Positions 17,194-26,850 of a DNA stretch of 52,214 nucleotides are shown one piece after another; positions within the stretch are counted from its first letter, which is position 1; every line of letters starts with the position of its first letter. The DNA is from Clostridia bacterium (GTDB taxonomy: Bacteria > Bacillota > Clostridia > Oscillospirales > CAG-272), in contig JAFUPK010000033.1 in assembly GCA_017481265.1 (NCBI GenBank), positions 1-52,214 on the forward strand, written 5' to 3'. The notes below the pieces were generated by a model. The model was not told where the DNA came from. It saw only the letters and a list, made by a program, of their open reading frames with translations, and did no database searches. Made by a program: the position numbers and the translations under genes.

Positions 17194-18696
17194 TTATTCT
17201 TCTGTTCCGTATACAGTGAGTATGTATCTGCTGTCGCCTTGAGTGAAGGTGAAGCGGTTCTCGCCCTCTGTAACATTCACACTCACGCTGAAGCTTCCGT
17301 CACGAAGTCTGCCGACACTTACGCCTTCAAGCTTCAAGTCCCGCGAGGGGTCGGAAACGCCTTCAATAATGAGGCTTCCCACGGGGCACTCCGCACCGAT
17401 ATACGGAGACTTAAAGGCTACCCCCGATGCCGAAGCTGACGGATCGCAGTAGATTATCTCGTATTTATATGCCTCAAGAAGCTCGTCGGTCATGCCGTAG
17501 GCGCTGTCCCGCAGCTTATCATATCCGTAGAAAACGCTTCCTCTGTATGAGATGAGCTTTCGCGAATATTCAAGCTGAGATGCCATCTCACCCGAAGCAT
17601 CGCCCCAGTCACCTGCATCATAACGGTATGCTCCGTGAGAGATCCACAGCTCTACGCCCGTTCCGTCAAGGCAGGCGTTCCACCAATCGGCAACGGTGTC
17701 AAAGGGAGTGCCGCTCTTGCCGATCTGCCAATATATCTGTGGAGAGATGTAATCAATGTAGCCACCCTTTATCCACGCTACGGCATCACAGTATATCTCG
17801 TGATACGCCTCAAAGCCACGCGTATCCGATCCGCCGTTCACGCCGTCGTTGTTCTGCCATACGCCTGCAGGGGACACTCCGAACTTGCACTCGGAATCCG
17901 CGTCCTTGACCGTATCGTAAACTTCTTTTATTAGCTTGTTTATATTGTCCCGTCTGAAATCGGCAAGTGTGGCATATTCCTTGCCGTAGAGAGCGTATTC
18001 TTCACTGTCGTCGAAATCTGCACCCGCCACGGGATATGGATAAAAGTAATCGTCAAATACTATTCCGTCAACGTCGTAGTTCTCCACGATCTCGCGGACA
18101 CCCTCGGCAACAAAGGCTCTGAGCGCGGGTACACCTGCATTGAAGTAAAGCTTGCCGTCGGCGTACTTGACGGTCCATTCTGGATGCTTTACCGCAGGGC
18201 TTGACTCGGGAAGAGAGCCTTCGGAATCAGCAGTTGTGGTTATACGGAGCGGATTTATCCATGCGTGTATAAAAATGTTTCTTTTGTGCCCTTCCTCAAG
18301 AAGATAGCGCAGCGGATCAAAGGTCAGCTTGCCCGTCGTGGAAAGAGAACGCGAAACGGGAAAAAGCTCGCTTTCGTAAAGTGCATCACAGGAGGGACGC
18401 ACCTGAAAGAACACGGTGTTGAGGTTATTTTTTTCACAGCTGTCGAGAATAGCATCTATCTCCTTTTTCAGAGAGGCTGCGTCGAGATCTGTGCGTGAGG
18501 GATAGTTGATATTGAATACCGAGGCTATCCACACACCTCTCACCTCTGAAGCGGGGTCGATGATGCTTTTGCCCTCCGCTGCCGGCATTCCTACATCAAG
18601 AGAAGGAAATTCAAAACCCGGTGAAGCGGCACAGGACACCAATGCAAGTACCGAGAGAAGCGAGCATATGAGCTTTAAAATATTGTTTTTCTTCAT
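17194..18696 (-). CDS. lipoprotein of the glycoside-hydrolase-like GHL10 (DUF187/YngK) family
   Basis: Lipobox LALVSC. The EVRGVWIASVFNINYPS block is typical of GHL10. A C-terminal beta-rich domain is present. Confidence 0.65.
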   Translation of the reverse strand: MKKNNILKLICSLLSVLALVSCAASPGFEFPSLDVGMPAAEGKSIIDPASEVRGVWIASVFNINYPSRTDLDAASLKKEIDAILDSCEKNNLNTVFFQVRPSCDALYESELFPVSRSLSTTGKLTFDPLRYLLEEGHKRNIFIHAWINPLRITTTADSEGSLPESSPAVKHPEWTVKYADGKLYFNAGVPALRAFVAEGVREIVENYDVDGIVFDDYFYPYPVAGADFDDSEEYALYGKEYATLADFRRDNINKLIKEVYDTVKDADSECKFGVSPAGVWQNNDGVNGGSDTRGFEAYHEIYCDAVAWIKGGYIDYISPQIYWQIGKSGTPFDTVADWWNACLDGTGVELWISHGAYRYDAGDWGDASGEMASQLEYSRKLISYRGSVFYGYDKLRDSAYGMTDELLEAYKYEIIYCDPSASASGVAFKSPYIGAECPVGSLIIEGVSDPSRDLKLEGVSVGRLRDGSFSVSVNVTEGENRFTFTQGDSRYILTVYGTEE

Positions 18697-18812
18697 AATC
18701 GTTCCTAAAAAAATCAGTTATCTTTTGATCCTTATGTACATTTTATCATAAAGATGCCTCTCGGTCAATAGAAGGGATGGATAATTCACTTTTGAAATAG
18801 TATCTATAGAGC

Positions 18813-18861
18813 AAAAGGGGCTGTCGCAAGCCGATAAAATCCGACTTGGACAGCCCCTTTT
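18813..18861 (-). terminator. long-stem bidirectional terminator
   Basis: AAAAGGGGCTGTC...GACAGCCCCTTTTG, immediately downstream of the gene ending at 18868. Confidence 0.7.
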
Positions 18862-18867
18862 GTATTC

Positions 18868-19476
18868 TTATTCGATCACAAACTCGCCGAAATACTCGGG
18901 ATAATGGAAATTAGGTCCCGGCGTCTCAATAAGATTCCAGCTTCCGTAGTGCTCAACTTGATCGTGCTTTCCGCATTTGTACACGTTTCCGCGGATAAGA
19001 GTACCGCTTGAAAGCTCGCAGTTCGGCACGTACTTACGGATCATCTCATAGGGCACGGTAAAATCAACCTGCCAGAAATCGCGTCCTTCGCTGTCCTTAT
19101 CGTAAGTAGTACAAAGGCGGAAATCCTCCTCGGGCCAGTCAACGAGAACGCCCTTATCCTCTCTTGAAAGTGCATACCCGAGATAGATAGTGGGGTTTGA
19201 GTTCATCTCAAAGTTGAAGTATCCCGCGCTGTTGTCAGCAGAGGGAGAAAAGAAGAACTCCATGCAGGAATCGTTGCAGACAAATCCGTTGCGGTAGTCG
19301 ATATGAGCCACGGGGTCCTTCTCAAAGCAACGGAGAGACACCGTAAGCCTATCGTCCGTGTGTGCTGCACGGAAATATGTCTCAGGTCCGCGCTCATAAT
19401 CCCAAGGCCACTGGTCCACGCAGTCAAAAGGGGCTTCGTTTATATCGTCTGTGTTTTTGATTATGTATCTTTTCAT
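18868..19476 (-). CDS. cytoplasmic protein, possibly carbohydrate-binding family 9-like
   Basis: 202 aa with no signal peptide. The assignment comes from remembered similarity to CBM9-like proteins (FRAAHTDDRLTVSLRCFE..., MEFFFSP) and is weak. Confidence 0.4.
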   Translation of the reverse strand: MKRYIIKNTDDINEAPFDCVDQWPWDYERGPETYFRAAHTDDRLTVSLRCFEKDPVAHIDYRNGFVCNDSCMEFFFSPSADNSAGYFNFEMNSNPTIYLGYALSREDKGVLVDWPEEDFRLCTTYDKDSEGRDFWQVDFTVPYEMIRKYVPNCELSSGTLIRGNVYKCGKHDQVEHYGSWNLIETPGPNFHYPEYFGEFVIE

Positions 19477-19899
19477 AGTTGACGCTCACTTTTTCGTTTT
19501 TTTATATTATAGAACACTGTTTTTTCTTTGTCAAGACGAAGAAAATGCTTTAAAGCCTGTTTTTTAAGTATTTCGACATTATTTTTATGATAATTACAGA
19601 TCCAACAACTTATTTTTCCTTTATTTATAAGTATTTTTTCGATTTTTCAATTTGATAAATTTATCATTTTTATCGCAAGATCAGATAATATTTTTTAAAA
19701 CTTTATCCTTTGTTACGCGTTCAAGAGCAAGATTTTCGCAAAATATCATCCGTTTTCCGCTTGCGATGAAAAAATTATATATTTTTTCTAAAAATGTTAT
19801 AATTATGTTATATTGTTAATTATTGTGATACTGTGAAAAGGTAGTATACTGATTGACACAGGCTCAATTTGCCTGCAGTGAGGAAAGGAGGTGAAGGAC

Positions 19900-20172
19900 A
19901 TGAACAGCAAAGCGGCTGTAATAAAAGAAGAGCGCACAAGGCTTGGGGATCTTACTCTGGTCTACCGTTTATATGACCTGTTTGATGACGAAAGACACGC
20001 CTATTCCATCAGCATATCAAAGTATGACACAAACGGCAGCTTATGTGAATACAGCGAGAGCTCGGACATAACAAGCATCAAAGATACGGCAGAACGCATT
20101 TTCTCGCTGATCTGCGAGGGCATTGTCACTCCGATGAGTCTCGATGATGTGCTTTACGACATGATTCCGTAA
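19900..20172 (+). CDS. small acidic hypothetical protein
   Basis: ORF 19891-20172. AGGAGG lies 8 nt upstream of the ATG at 19900. The composition is coding-like. No motif recognised. Confidence 0.5.
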   Translation: MNSKAAVIKEERTRLGDLTLVYRLYDLFDDERHAYSISISKYDTNGSLCEYSESSDITSIKDTAERIFSLICEGIVTPMSLDDVLYDMIP

Positions 20173-20195
20173 AAGAGGCCGAAAATGTATATGCT

Positions 20196-20224
20196 TTGAC
20201 AAATCGTTTACACCGTGGTATAAT
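20196..20224 (+). promoter_or_regulatory. sigma-A-type promoter upstream of comEC
   Basis: TTGACA, 17 nt, TATAAT with an extended -10 TG. It is followed by the inverted repeat ATGATT-N10-AATCAT. Confidence 0.55.
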
Positions 20225-20265
20225 AAAATGATTTTTTACAAATAATCATCATTCGGTGGGCTGTA

Positions 20266-22524
20266 ATGACAAAGCAATCATACATAAGGCGACCGCTGTT
20301 TTTATTCTGCCTTTCCTTCTTCTCTGCGGCAGTACTGGCGGCGGACGTATCCACACGCATAAAGCTTCCTTGTGTCATCTTCAGCGCCGCGATCTCTGCC
20401 GCTCTGCTTTTCACGTGCAGAGCTGCCGGGAAGCGGCGCCTTTCCCTACTTGCGGCATTGCTTATTACATCCGGCATTGCCGGCGGTATCGCGCATCAAT
20501 ATCTCACCTGCGACAGAAGGCTTGCTGAAGCTGACCGACTTGACGGTACAAGCGCGGAGATCACCGCCACGGTCAAGGAGGTACGTTATTCCTCTTCCTA
20601 TTTCGGTTATTACACCGTTGACATTCATAATGGCAGCGACGTACCCGATATATGTGTCTCCTTGGGAGTGCCCGACGGAAGCTTTACTGTCGGCGACGTG
20701 ATAGGCGGAGTTGTGACATTCGAAAGCCTTCAAGGGTCGTCTTCATTTACCGAAAGCACGTATTTTCTCTCCGACGGAGTGCTCATATGTGCCGAAAGCG
20801 AAAAGATGGACTTTAAATCAAGCAGCAGCTCATTTTCACTTGAGTCCTTCTTTGGCAAGCTTAACAGACGGCTTACATCACGCATCGTTACCTCATCGAA
20901 CGGCGGCGAGCTTGCCTCGGCTGTACTGCTTGGCAGACGTGATCTTCTAAACGACTCGGTCAAGAGAGATTTTTCCCGCACAGGTATCTCTCATCTTCTT
21001 GCTGTCAGCGGAATACACCTGTCCCTTGCTGTAGCGGCATTGGAGCCGCTTCTCGGCAAGCTCCGAATCAAAGGTAGGGCAAGAGCTCTTATTCTGTGTA
21101 TCTGTGTGCTGTTCTGTATGGCTATCACCGGCTTCAGCAAATCCGTAATGCGCGCGGGATCCATGCACATTTTGCGCTATATCGGAAGTCTCCTCGGAAA
21201 AAGAAGTGACGGACTTACAAGCCTCGGCTTCGCCACAGTTATGATAATTCTCATTGATCCCTTTTCTGTTTACGACACCGGATTTATTTTGTCCGTTCTT
21301 GCCTCATACGCCTGTATCATATACGCCCGCTATACAAATAATCGCCGTCCTGCAGGCAACCGTTTAAAAGCCATGCTCAGAGGTGCGTTTGATACGGTCA
21401 AGCTTACTCTGCTCATAACCGGACTGACCCTTCCCGTAATGTGGAAGGTTTTCGGCAGTATTTCGCTTATATCTCCACTTACCAATGTGGTGTTCATTCC
21501 CGCAGTTTCGGCATTTCTGTATCTTTCACTTATATATATTATCCTTTGCGGCATTCCCGCTTTGAATGTAATTCTTGCGCCTCTGCTGTCAAAGAGTGAG
21601 GCCTTGATACTTACAGCCGCACAAAAAATCTCGCTCCTGCCCCACATTACAGTATCGCTTCACGGTACTCTGATCGGCATTTTTTGCGTTCTCGTCTTTA
21701 TTACCCTTGCGATCGCTACATTTTATTATAAGAAGCACCGAGCACGTGCCGTTCTGTCTACGGCTCTGTGCACCGTCTGCCTAAGTGCCTGCCTTGTTAT
21801 CGGATATATCAGCGCGTCATACGGAGCGGAGCTTGATTATGTAACGAAAGGAAAAAGCGAAGGCTTCAGCATACGTTGCGGCAACAGCTACGTCCTTATC
21901 GACGCCTCAGACGGCTCCTCGGGATTTTCACGGGAGCTTATGTACGCGGCGGAAAACGAAGGTGCTACGGAGCTGTCTGCACTGATACTCACTCATATGC
22001 ACAGGAAGCACATTTCATCCGTCGCATCCCTTACGGATAATATAATTGTAAGAAAAGTATTTCTGCCTGAGGCTGAAAGCGAGGGGGACATAGAAATATT
22101 TGAATCTCTGTGTGCCCTTCTTGAACGCAGAGGTATCAAGTATTCCGTTTACTCGAGAAGGGGAGACGAGATATCACATGGCGGCATCGGCTTTCAGCAT
22201 CTCGGATATACCATGCTGTCCCGCTCCACTCATCCTGTCGTTGCCTTTGAGCTGACAGTCGGCGGTAAACGCTTTGCATACTTTGGTTCATCCTTCGGAG
22301 AGAATGTATCACTTGATGATATCGTACACGGTGCAGACACGGTATTTCTCGGAGCTCACCCGCCTGTGAGAAAAAAGCAGATCGAGATCAAGACGGACGG
22401 CATGGTAATATTGTCACAGCTTGCAAACGAAAAGGAATTGCTTAGTGTAAGTGCAAACGGCGGTACGGTACAGCTTGCACAGGATGGCTCATACCACGTA
22501 GAGGAATACAGAATACTTAATTAA
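20266..22524 (+). CDS. comEC: DNA internalisation competence protein ComEC/Rec2 with a C-terminal metallo-beta-lactamase-like domain
   Basis: 752 aa and polytopic. A competence-domain block (GISHLLAVSGIHLS) is present. The C-terminal beta-lactamase-fold region has a degenerate THMHRKH motif. Confidence 0.85.
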   Translation: MTKQSYIRRPLFLFCLSFFSAAVLAADVSTRIKLPCVIFSAAISAALLFTCRAAGKRRLSLLAALLITSGIAGGIAHQYLTCDRRLAEADRLDGTSAEITATVKEVRYSSSYFGYYTVDIHNGSDVPDICVSLGVPDGSFTVGDVIGGVVTFESLQGSSSFTESTYFLSDGVLICAESEKMDFKSSSSSFSLESFFGKLNRRLTSRIVTSSNGGELASAVLLGRRDLLNDSVKRDFSRTGISHLLAVSGIHLSLAVAALEPLLGKLRIKGRARALILCICVLFCMAITGFSKSVMRAGSMHILRYIGSLLGKRSDGLTSLGFATVMIILIDPFSVYDTGFILSVLASYACIIYARYTNNRRPAGNRLKAMLRGAFDTVKLTLLITGLTLPVMWKVFGSISLISPLTNVVFIPAVSAFLYLSLIYIILCGIPALNVILAPLLSKSEALILTAAQKISLLPHITVSLHGTLIGIFCVLVFITLAIATFYYKKHRARAVLSTALCTVCLSACLVIGYISASYGAELDYVTKGKSEGFSIRCGNSYVLIDASDGSSGFSRELMYAAENEGATELSALILTHMHRKHISSVASLTDNIIVRKVFLPEAESEGDIEIFESLCALLERRGIKYSVYSRRGDEISHGGIGFQHLGYTMLSRSTHPVVAFELTVGGKRFAYFGSSFGENVSLDDIVHGADTVFLGAHPPVRKKQIEIKTDGMVILSQLANEKELLSVSANGGTVQLAQDGSYHVEEYRILN

Positions 22525-22561
22525 ACGGGTTCAAAAAACAGAAAAAAAGAAGAAATAACCG

Positions 22562-22590
22562 TTGACAAGTACATCTCTTTATGGTATAAT
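22562..22590 (+). promoter_or_regulatory. consensus sigma-A promoter of the rpsF-ssb-rpsR operon
   Basis: TTGACA (22562-22567), 17 nt, TATAAT (22585-22590). Confidence 0.7.
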
Positions 22591-22673
22591 GTGCCCTGAA
22601 CGGTCTGTTTGGCCGTCTCTCTGCCGCTGAAAATTTTAAGCAGCGGTCTGAAGTCCATAGGGAGGTAAAAATT

Positions 22674-22967
22674 ATGGAAAAGATTATGAACTCTTATGAA
22701 ACACTCTTTGTGATTTCACCTGAGCTCTCCGAGGAGGACACAAAGGCCCTCGTTGAGAAGTTTACAGGTCTTATCGCAGAGAACGGTGAGCTCGGAGAGG
22801 TAGCTGAGTGGGGTCGCCGCAGACTTGCATACCCCATCGACTACAAGACTGAGGGTTACTATGTACTCGTAAACTTCAAGAGCGCATCTGATTTCCCCGC
22901 AGAGCTTGAGCGTATCTACAACATCACCGACGGTATCCTCAGAGCGATCGTTGTTCGTCACAACTAA
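22674..22967 (+). CDS. rpsF: 30S ribosomal protein S6
   Basis: YETLFVISPELSEEDTKALVEKF...WGRRRLAYPI is the S6 signature. The operon order is rpsF-ssb-rpsR. Confidence 0.93.
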   Translation: MEKIMNSYETLFVISPELSEEDTKALVEKFTGLIAENGELGEVAEWGRRRLAYPIDYKTEGYYVLVNFKSASDFPAELERIYNITDGILRAIVVRHN

Positions 22968-23001
22968 TCGGCGGACAAAGCCTACGTAAGGAGATAAGTT
23001 T

Positions 23002-23511
23002 ATGGCTAACTTTAATTTCAATAAGGTCATCCTCGGCGGACGTCTTACAGCCGATCCTGAGCTGAAGACTACACCCTCCGGTATTTCCGTGACCTCGTTT
23101 ACGATCGCCGTAAACAGAAGATTCGGCAGCAAAAACGGCGAAGACACACAGGCGGATTTCATCAATGTGACCGCTTGGAGACAGACAGCTGAGTTTGTGA
23201 CCCGTTATTTCCGCAAGGCAAGCTCCATCTGCGTTGTCGGCTCTATCCAGACAAGATCCTGGACAGACAATCAGGGCAACAAGAGATTTGCGACTGAGGT
23301 TGTCGCTGACGAGGCTATGTTCGTTGATGCAAAGAGCGAAAGCCCCGCAGCAGTACAGCAAGCTGCCGCAGCATTCAGCCAGCACGCACCCGCAGCATCC
23401 TATATGCCCGAGGGATATTCCTCTTACGGCGCAGAGGCTGCTCCCGCGTTTGGCGCAGCATCCGCTCCCAAGTTTGAGGAGATCACGGATGACGATGAGC
23501 TCCCGTTCTGA
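23002..23511 (+). CDS. ssb: single-stranded DNA-binding protein
   Basis: The N-terminus is MANFNFNKVILGGRLTADPELKTTPSGISVTSFTIAVNR, an OB fold. The acidic tail is DDDELPF. Confidence 0.95.
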   Translation: MANFNFNKVILGGRLTADPELKTTPSGISVTSFTIAVNRRFGSKNGEDTQADFINVTAWRQTAEFVTRYFRKASSICVVGSIQTRSWTDNQGNKRFATEVVADEAMFVDAKSESPAAVQQAAAAFSQHAPAASYMPEGYSSYGAEAAPAFGAASAPKFEEITDDDELPF

Positions 23512-23548
23512 GCTCCAATACCAAATATAAGAAAGGAATAATCGAAAT

Positions 23549-23878
23549 ATGGAAAACGAAATCAAGGAAACCGTAGCAGTAGAAGCAGCTCCCGAAGCAG
23601 CTCCTGCAAAGGCTGAGAATAACGCAAGACCCGAGAGACCTGCAAGACCCGCACAGAAGGGCGGCAACCGCAGAAGAAAGAAAGTTTGCGCTTTCTGCGT
23701 AGACAAGATCGACGAGATCGACTACAAGGATACCACAAGACTCAGAAAGTACGTTTCTGAGAGAGCTAAGATCCTTCCCCGCCGTATCTCCGGCACTTGC
23801 GCTAAGCACCAGCGTCAGCTCACTCTCGCTATCAAGAGAGCACGCCACGTTGCGCTTATGCCCTACATCGCTGACTAA
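23549..23878 (+). CDS. rpsR: 30S ribosomal protein S18 (with an Ala/Pro/Glu-rich N-terminal extension)
   Basis: The core is [60 protein letters not shown]. Confidence 0.92.
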   Translation: MENEIKETVAVEAAPEAAPAKAENNARPERPARPAQKGGNRRRKKVCAFCVDKIDEIDYKDTTRLRKYVSERAKILPRRISGTCAKHQRQLTLAIKRARHVALMPYIAD

Positions 23879-23888
23879 TTGAATCATT

Positions 23889-23926
23889 AAAAATGACAGC
23901 TTTCAAAAGCTGTCATTTTTGTTTTT
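23889..23926 (+). terminator. rho-independent terminator of the rpsF operon
   Basis: TGACAGCTT-TCAA-AAGCTGTCA followed by TTTTTGTTTTT. Confidence 0.8.
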
Positions 23927-23935
23927 GTCTACAAT

Positions 23936-23970
23936 AAAACGGTATGGCTTCACAAAGCCATACCGTTTTT
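23936..23970 (-). terminator. terminator of the convergent DUF1622 / dehydrogenase unit
   Basis: AACGGTATGGCTT-CAC-AAAGCCATACCGTT with flanking A/T runs. It lies 2 nt from the stop at 23972. Confidence 0.7.
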
Positions 23971-23971
23971 C

Positions 23972-24304
23972 TCAGTTTTCTTTTTCGTATTTCTTTTCGT
24001 TTTTTATCTCCCAGTGTATAAGGAAGGACAGCGCCGCACGGAGAAGGATCACCGCACCGAGTATAAGAAGCTCGCTCATCTCTCTGACGACCACCGTCCT
24101 GAGAAGCTCGCTTCCCATCTTAAACTCAAGCGCGAGAGCAATTCCCTCCGCAAGCTCAAGTCTGAGCTGCTTTTTGTGGCGGATAAAGCTGATAACTCCC
24201 TTCGCTACTGCAAACAGAAGAACACATACACCGACAAACTCAATTGCGAGAATACAGTAGTTGATAAACGATTCAAAGATATGCTCAAGCTTTTCGTATA
24301 TCAT
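23972..24304 (-). CDS. small membrane protein (DUF1622-like)
   Basis: 110 aa with 2-3 TM segments. The LELAEGIALALEFKMGSELLRT block is remembered from DUF1622. Confidence 0.55.
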   Translation of the reverse strand: MIYEKLEHIFESFINYCILAIEFVGVCVLLFAVAKGVISFIRHKKQLRLELAEGIALALEFKMGSELLRTVVVREMSELLILGAVILLRAALSFLIHWEIKNEKKYEKEN

Positions 24305-24306
24305 GG

Positions 24307-25260
24307 TTATCTGTTCTCCACTCTGTTGAGCATTCCGCCCGACTCAAAGGAGCGGATATTGTCAACGATCACGTCGATAAGTCGTGTGCGCGCCTCTATC
24401 GATCCCCATGCAACATGGGGGGTGATGCATATGTTCTTAGCGTTAAGATAAGGGTGTCCCTCTCTCATGGGCTCTGTATCGAGAACGTCAATGCCCGCCC
24501 CACGGATCTTTCCCGTGTTCAGTGCCTCGCAGAGAGGCTCCTCCTCTACTACACCGCCTCTTGAGGTGTTGATAAGAACAGCCGACGGCTTCATGAGAGC
24601 TAAAGTCTCACGGTTTACAAGACCTCGCGTCTCATCGGTAAGTGGACAATGGAAGGTAAGATAGTCGCTTTCACGCAAGAGCTCGTCCCGTGTAACGAAG
24701 GTGGTACCCTCCTCGGTCATGGGTCTGTGGGATACTGCGATGATCTTCATGCCGAATGCGCGCCCGATTTTTGCCACAGCACGTCCGATGGTGCCGTAGC
24801 CGAAGATACCGAGAGTCTTACCGCTAAGCTCTGTTATGGGGAAGGAGAGATATGAAAAGGTCTCCTTCCTTGCCCAATCTCCGCGTGCTGTGGTCTCGGA
24901 ATACTTATCAATGGACGTAGCAAAGCGAAGGATAAAGGCAAATGTGAGCTGTGCCACAGAGTCTGTGGAATACCCCGGAACATTGCATACGGCAATGCCC
25001 CTCTCTCTCGCCGCAACGGTGTCGATATTGTTAAATCCCGTAGCAAAAAGACCGATAAATTTAAGATTCGGGCAAGCGTCCATTATCTCGGCGGTGATAC
25101 GCGCCTTGTTGCAGATGACACCCTCGCTGTCTCCGATAGCAGCAGGAATGTCTGCGGGGGGAACGGTGTCGAAATACTTCACCTCTCCGAGAGCTTCAAA
25201 GGGCTTAAGAGATACATCTCCGTTTGTAACGGTGCATTTGTCAAGTACGGTAATATTCAT
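24307..25260 (-). CDS. D-isomer-specific 2-hydroxyacid dehydrogenase (glycerate dehydrogenase / hydroxypyruvate reductase-like)
   Basis: NAD-binding GIFGYGTIGRAVA. The catalytic region INTSRGGVV...ITPHVAW is typical of the family. Confidence 0.85.
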   Translation of the reverse strand: MNITVLDKCTVTNGDVSLKPFEALGEVKYFDTVPPADIPAAIGDSEGVICNKARITAEIMDACPNLKFIGLFATGFNNIDTVAARERGIAVCNVPGYSTDSVAQLTFAFILRFATSIDKYSETTARGDWARKETFSYLSFPITELSGKTLGIFGYGTIGRAVAKIGRAFGMKIIAVSHRPMTEEGTTFVTRDELLRESDYLTFHCPLTDETRGLVNRETLALMKPSAVLINTSRGGVVEEEPLCEALNTGKIRGAGIDVLDTEPMREGHPYLNAKNICITPHVAWGSIEARTRLIDVIVDNIRSFESGGMLNRVENR

Positions 25261-25494
25261 GTGTTATTTCCTTTATTCGATAGTTTTCTGCACCTATTAT
25301 ACCATATACCCACGCCAATTACAAATCTTTTCTCAAAAAGCCGTCAGATTTCGTATTTATCCTTTCTTGCGGAGCATTTTAAGCGCGCCGTTCGGGATAT
25401 CCCCTTTAAAGCATCTTGCCAAAAACAACAAAACATCGCCACTTACAGGCTTGGATTTCTATATATTAAGAAGAGGTAAACTTATAAAAAAACG

Positions 25495-25523
25495 TTGTTA
25501 TCGCTGAAATTTTGTGATATAAT
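25495..25523 (+). promoter_or_regulatory. sigma-A-type promoter upstream of apgM
   Basis: TTGTTA, 17 nt, TATAAT. Confidence 0.5.
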
Positions 25524-25595
25524 ATAATTTGAGTATGTATGCGCTGATGCATACCTCTGCCCAAATCCAGCAAAAACCGAAAGGCATGACCATAT

Positions 25596-26813
25596 ATGAA
25601 ATACCTTGTACTTATTCCCGACGGAATGGCTGACCGCCCTTGCGAAAAGCTTAACGGTCACACACCTATGGAGATCGCAAGCAAGCCTGTAATGGACGCT
25701 CTTGCGGCAAAGTCTCTCTGCGGAACCGTTCTCAATGTACCTACGACCATGGTTCCCGAAAGCGACACTGCCAACCTTGCCATTATGTCTTATGATCCTA
25801 AAAAGTATTCAAAGGGACGCTCTCCCCTTGAGGCTGTGAGCCTCGGAATCACTCTTGGCGAGCGTGACACAGCCATCAGGTGCAATCTTGTTACTATCTC
25901 CGACGGTGATGAGCCCTACGAGGATAAGATAATGATAGACCATAGCGCCGACGAGATCACAACTGCCGAAGCAGATGAGCTGGTTGCCGCTCTCAACGCC
26001 GCACTTCCCATGGAGGGCAGACATCTTTACACGGGAGTCAGCTACCGACACTGCCTTATCTGGGAGAATGCATCTCACACCTATGAATTTTCACGTCCTC
26101 ATGACATCATCGGCAAACGTATCGGTGAATACCTTCCTACAGCCGAAGGCGGAGAGGCTTTCCTTGAATTCATGAAAAAGGGTTATGAGGTACTGAAGGA
26201 TCACCCGGTTAATGTACGCCGCCGTGCAGAAGGCAAGCGTCCCGCAAACTCCCCTTGGCTGTGGAGCCCCGGGCAGAATCCTTCGCTCCCTTCCTTTACT
26301 GAAAAATGGGGTGTGTCCGCATCCGTTGTATCTGCAGTTGACCTTATCAAGGGTATCGGTATCTGTGCCGGCATGGAGGTAATAAACGTTCCCGGCGCTA
26401 CCGGTAACTACTCCACAAACTACACAGGTAAGGCAGATGCCGCAATCGACGCATTCCGCCGCGGCCGTGAGTTCGTATACATCCACGTGGAAGCTCCCGA
26501 TGAGTGCGGACACCGCGGAGAATATGACGTAAAGCACCTGGCTATCGAAAAAATAGATTCACTCATCCTTGCCCCGGTTCTTGAATATCTTAAGTCCTGC
26601 GGAGATGATTTCAAGATCATGGTGCTCCCCGATCACCCCACGCCGCTTGACATCAGAACTCACTCACCTGAGCCTGTTCCCTTCTTCATTTATGACCCCA
26701 CTGATGAGAAGGTCGGAGTCAGCACGTTCACCGAAAAGAGCTGCAGCTCCTGTGATACATATATTTCCGACGGCTCAACCCTTCTCGGATACATGATCAA
26801 AAACCAAGCCTAA
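25596..26813 (+). CDS. apgM: cofactor-independent phosphoglycerate mutase, ApgM (archaeal-like) type
   Basis: The N-terminus is MKYLVLIPDGMADRP. HVEAPDECGHRGE and VLPDHPTP are metal-site motifs of the alkaline-phosphatase superfamily ApgM clade. Confidence 0.8.
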   Translation: MKYLVLIPDGMADRPCEKLNGHTPMEIASKPVMDALAAKSLCGTVLNVPTTMVPESDTANLAIMSYDPKKYSKGRSPLEAVSLGITLGERDTAIRCNLVTISDGDEPYEDKIMIDHSADEITTAEADELVAALNAALPMEGRHLYTGVSYRHCLIWENASHTYEFSRPHDIIGKRIGEYLPTAEGGEAFLEFMKKGYEVLKDHPVNVRRRAEGKRPANSPWLWSPGQNPSLPSFTEKWGVSASVVSAVDLIKGIGICAGMEVINVPGATGNYSTNYTGKADAAIDAFRRGREFVYIHVEAPDECGHRGEYDVKHLAIEKIDSLILAPVLEYLKSCGDDFKIMVLPDHPTPLDIRTHSPEPVPFFIYDPTDEKVGVSTFTEKSCSSCDTYISDGSTLLGYMIKNQA

Positions 26814-26850
26814 GCATTACAGGCAGACAAAGTCATAAAGGATCTAACAA

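Noticed and set aside
22591-22673. A possible S6:S18-binding autoregulatory leader upstream of rpsF, with two small hairpins in the 5' UTR.
   Set aside because: I cannot match it to the published motif from memory with any confidence. A covariance-model search (Rfam S6-S18 leader) is needed before calling it.
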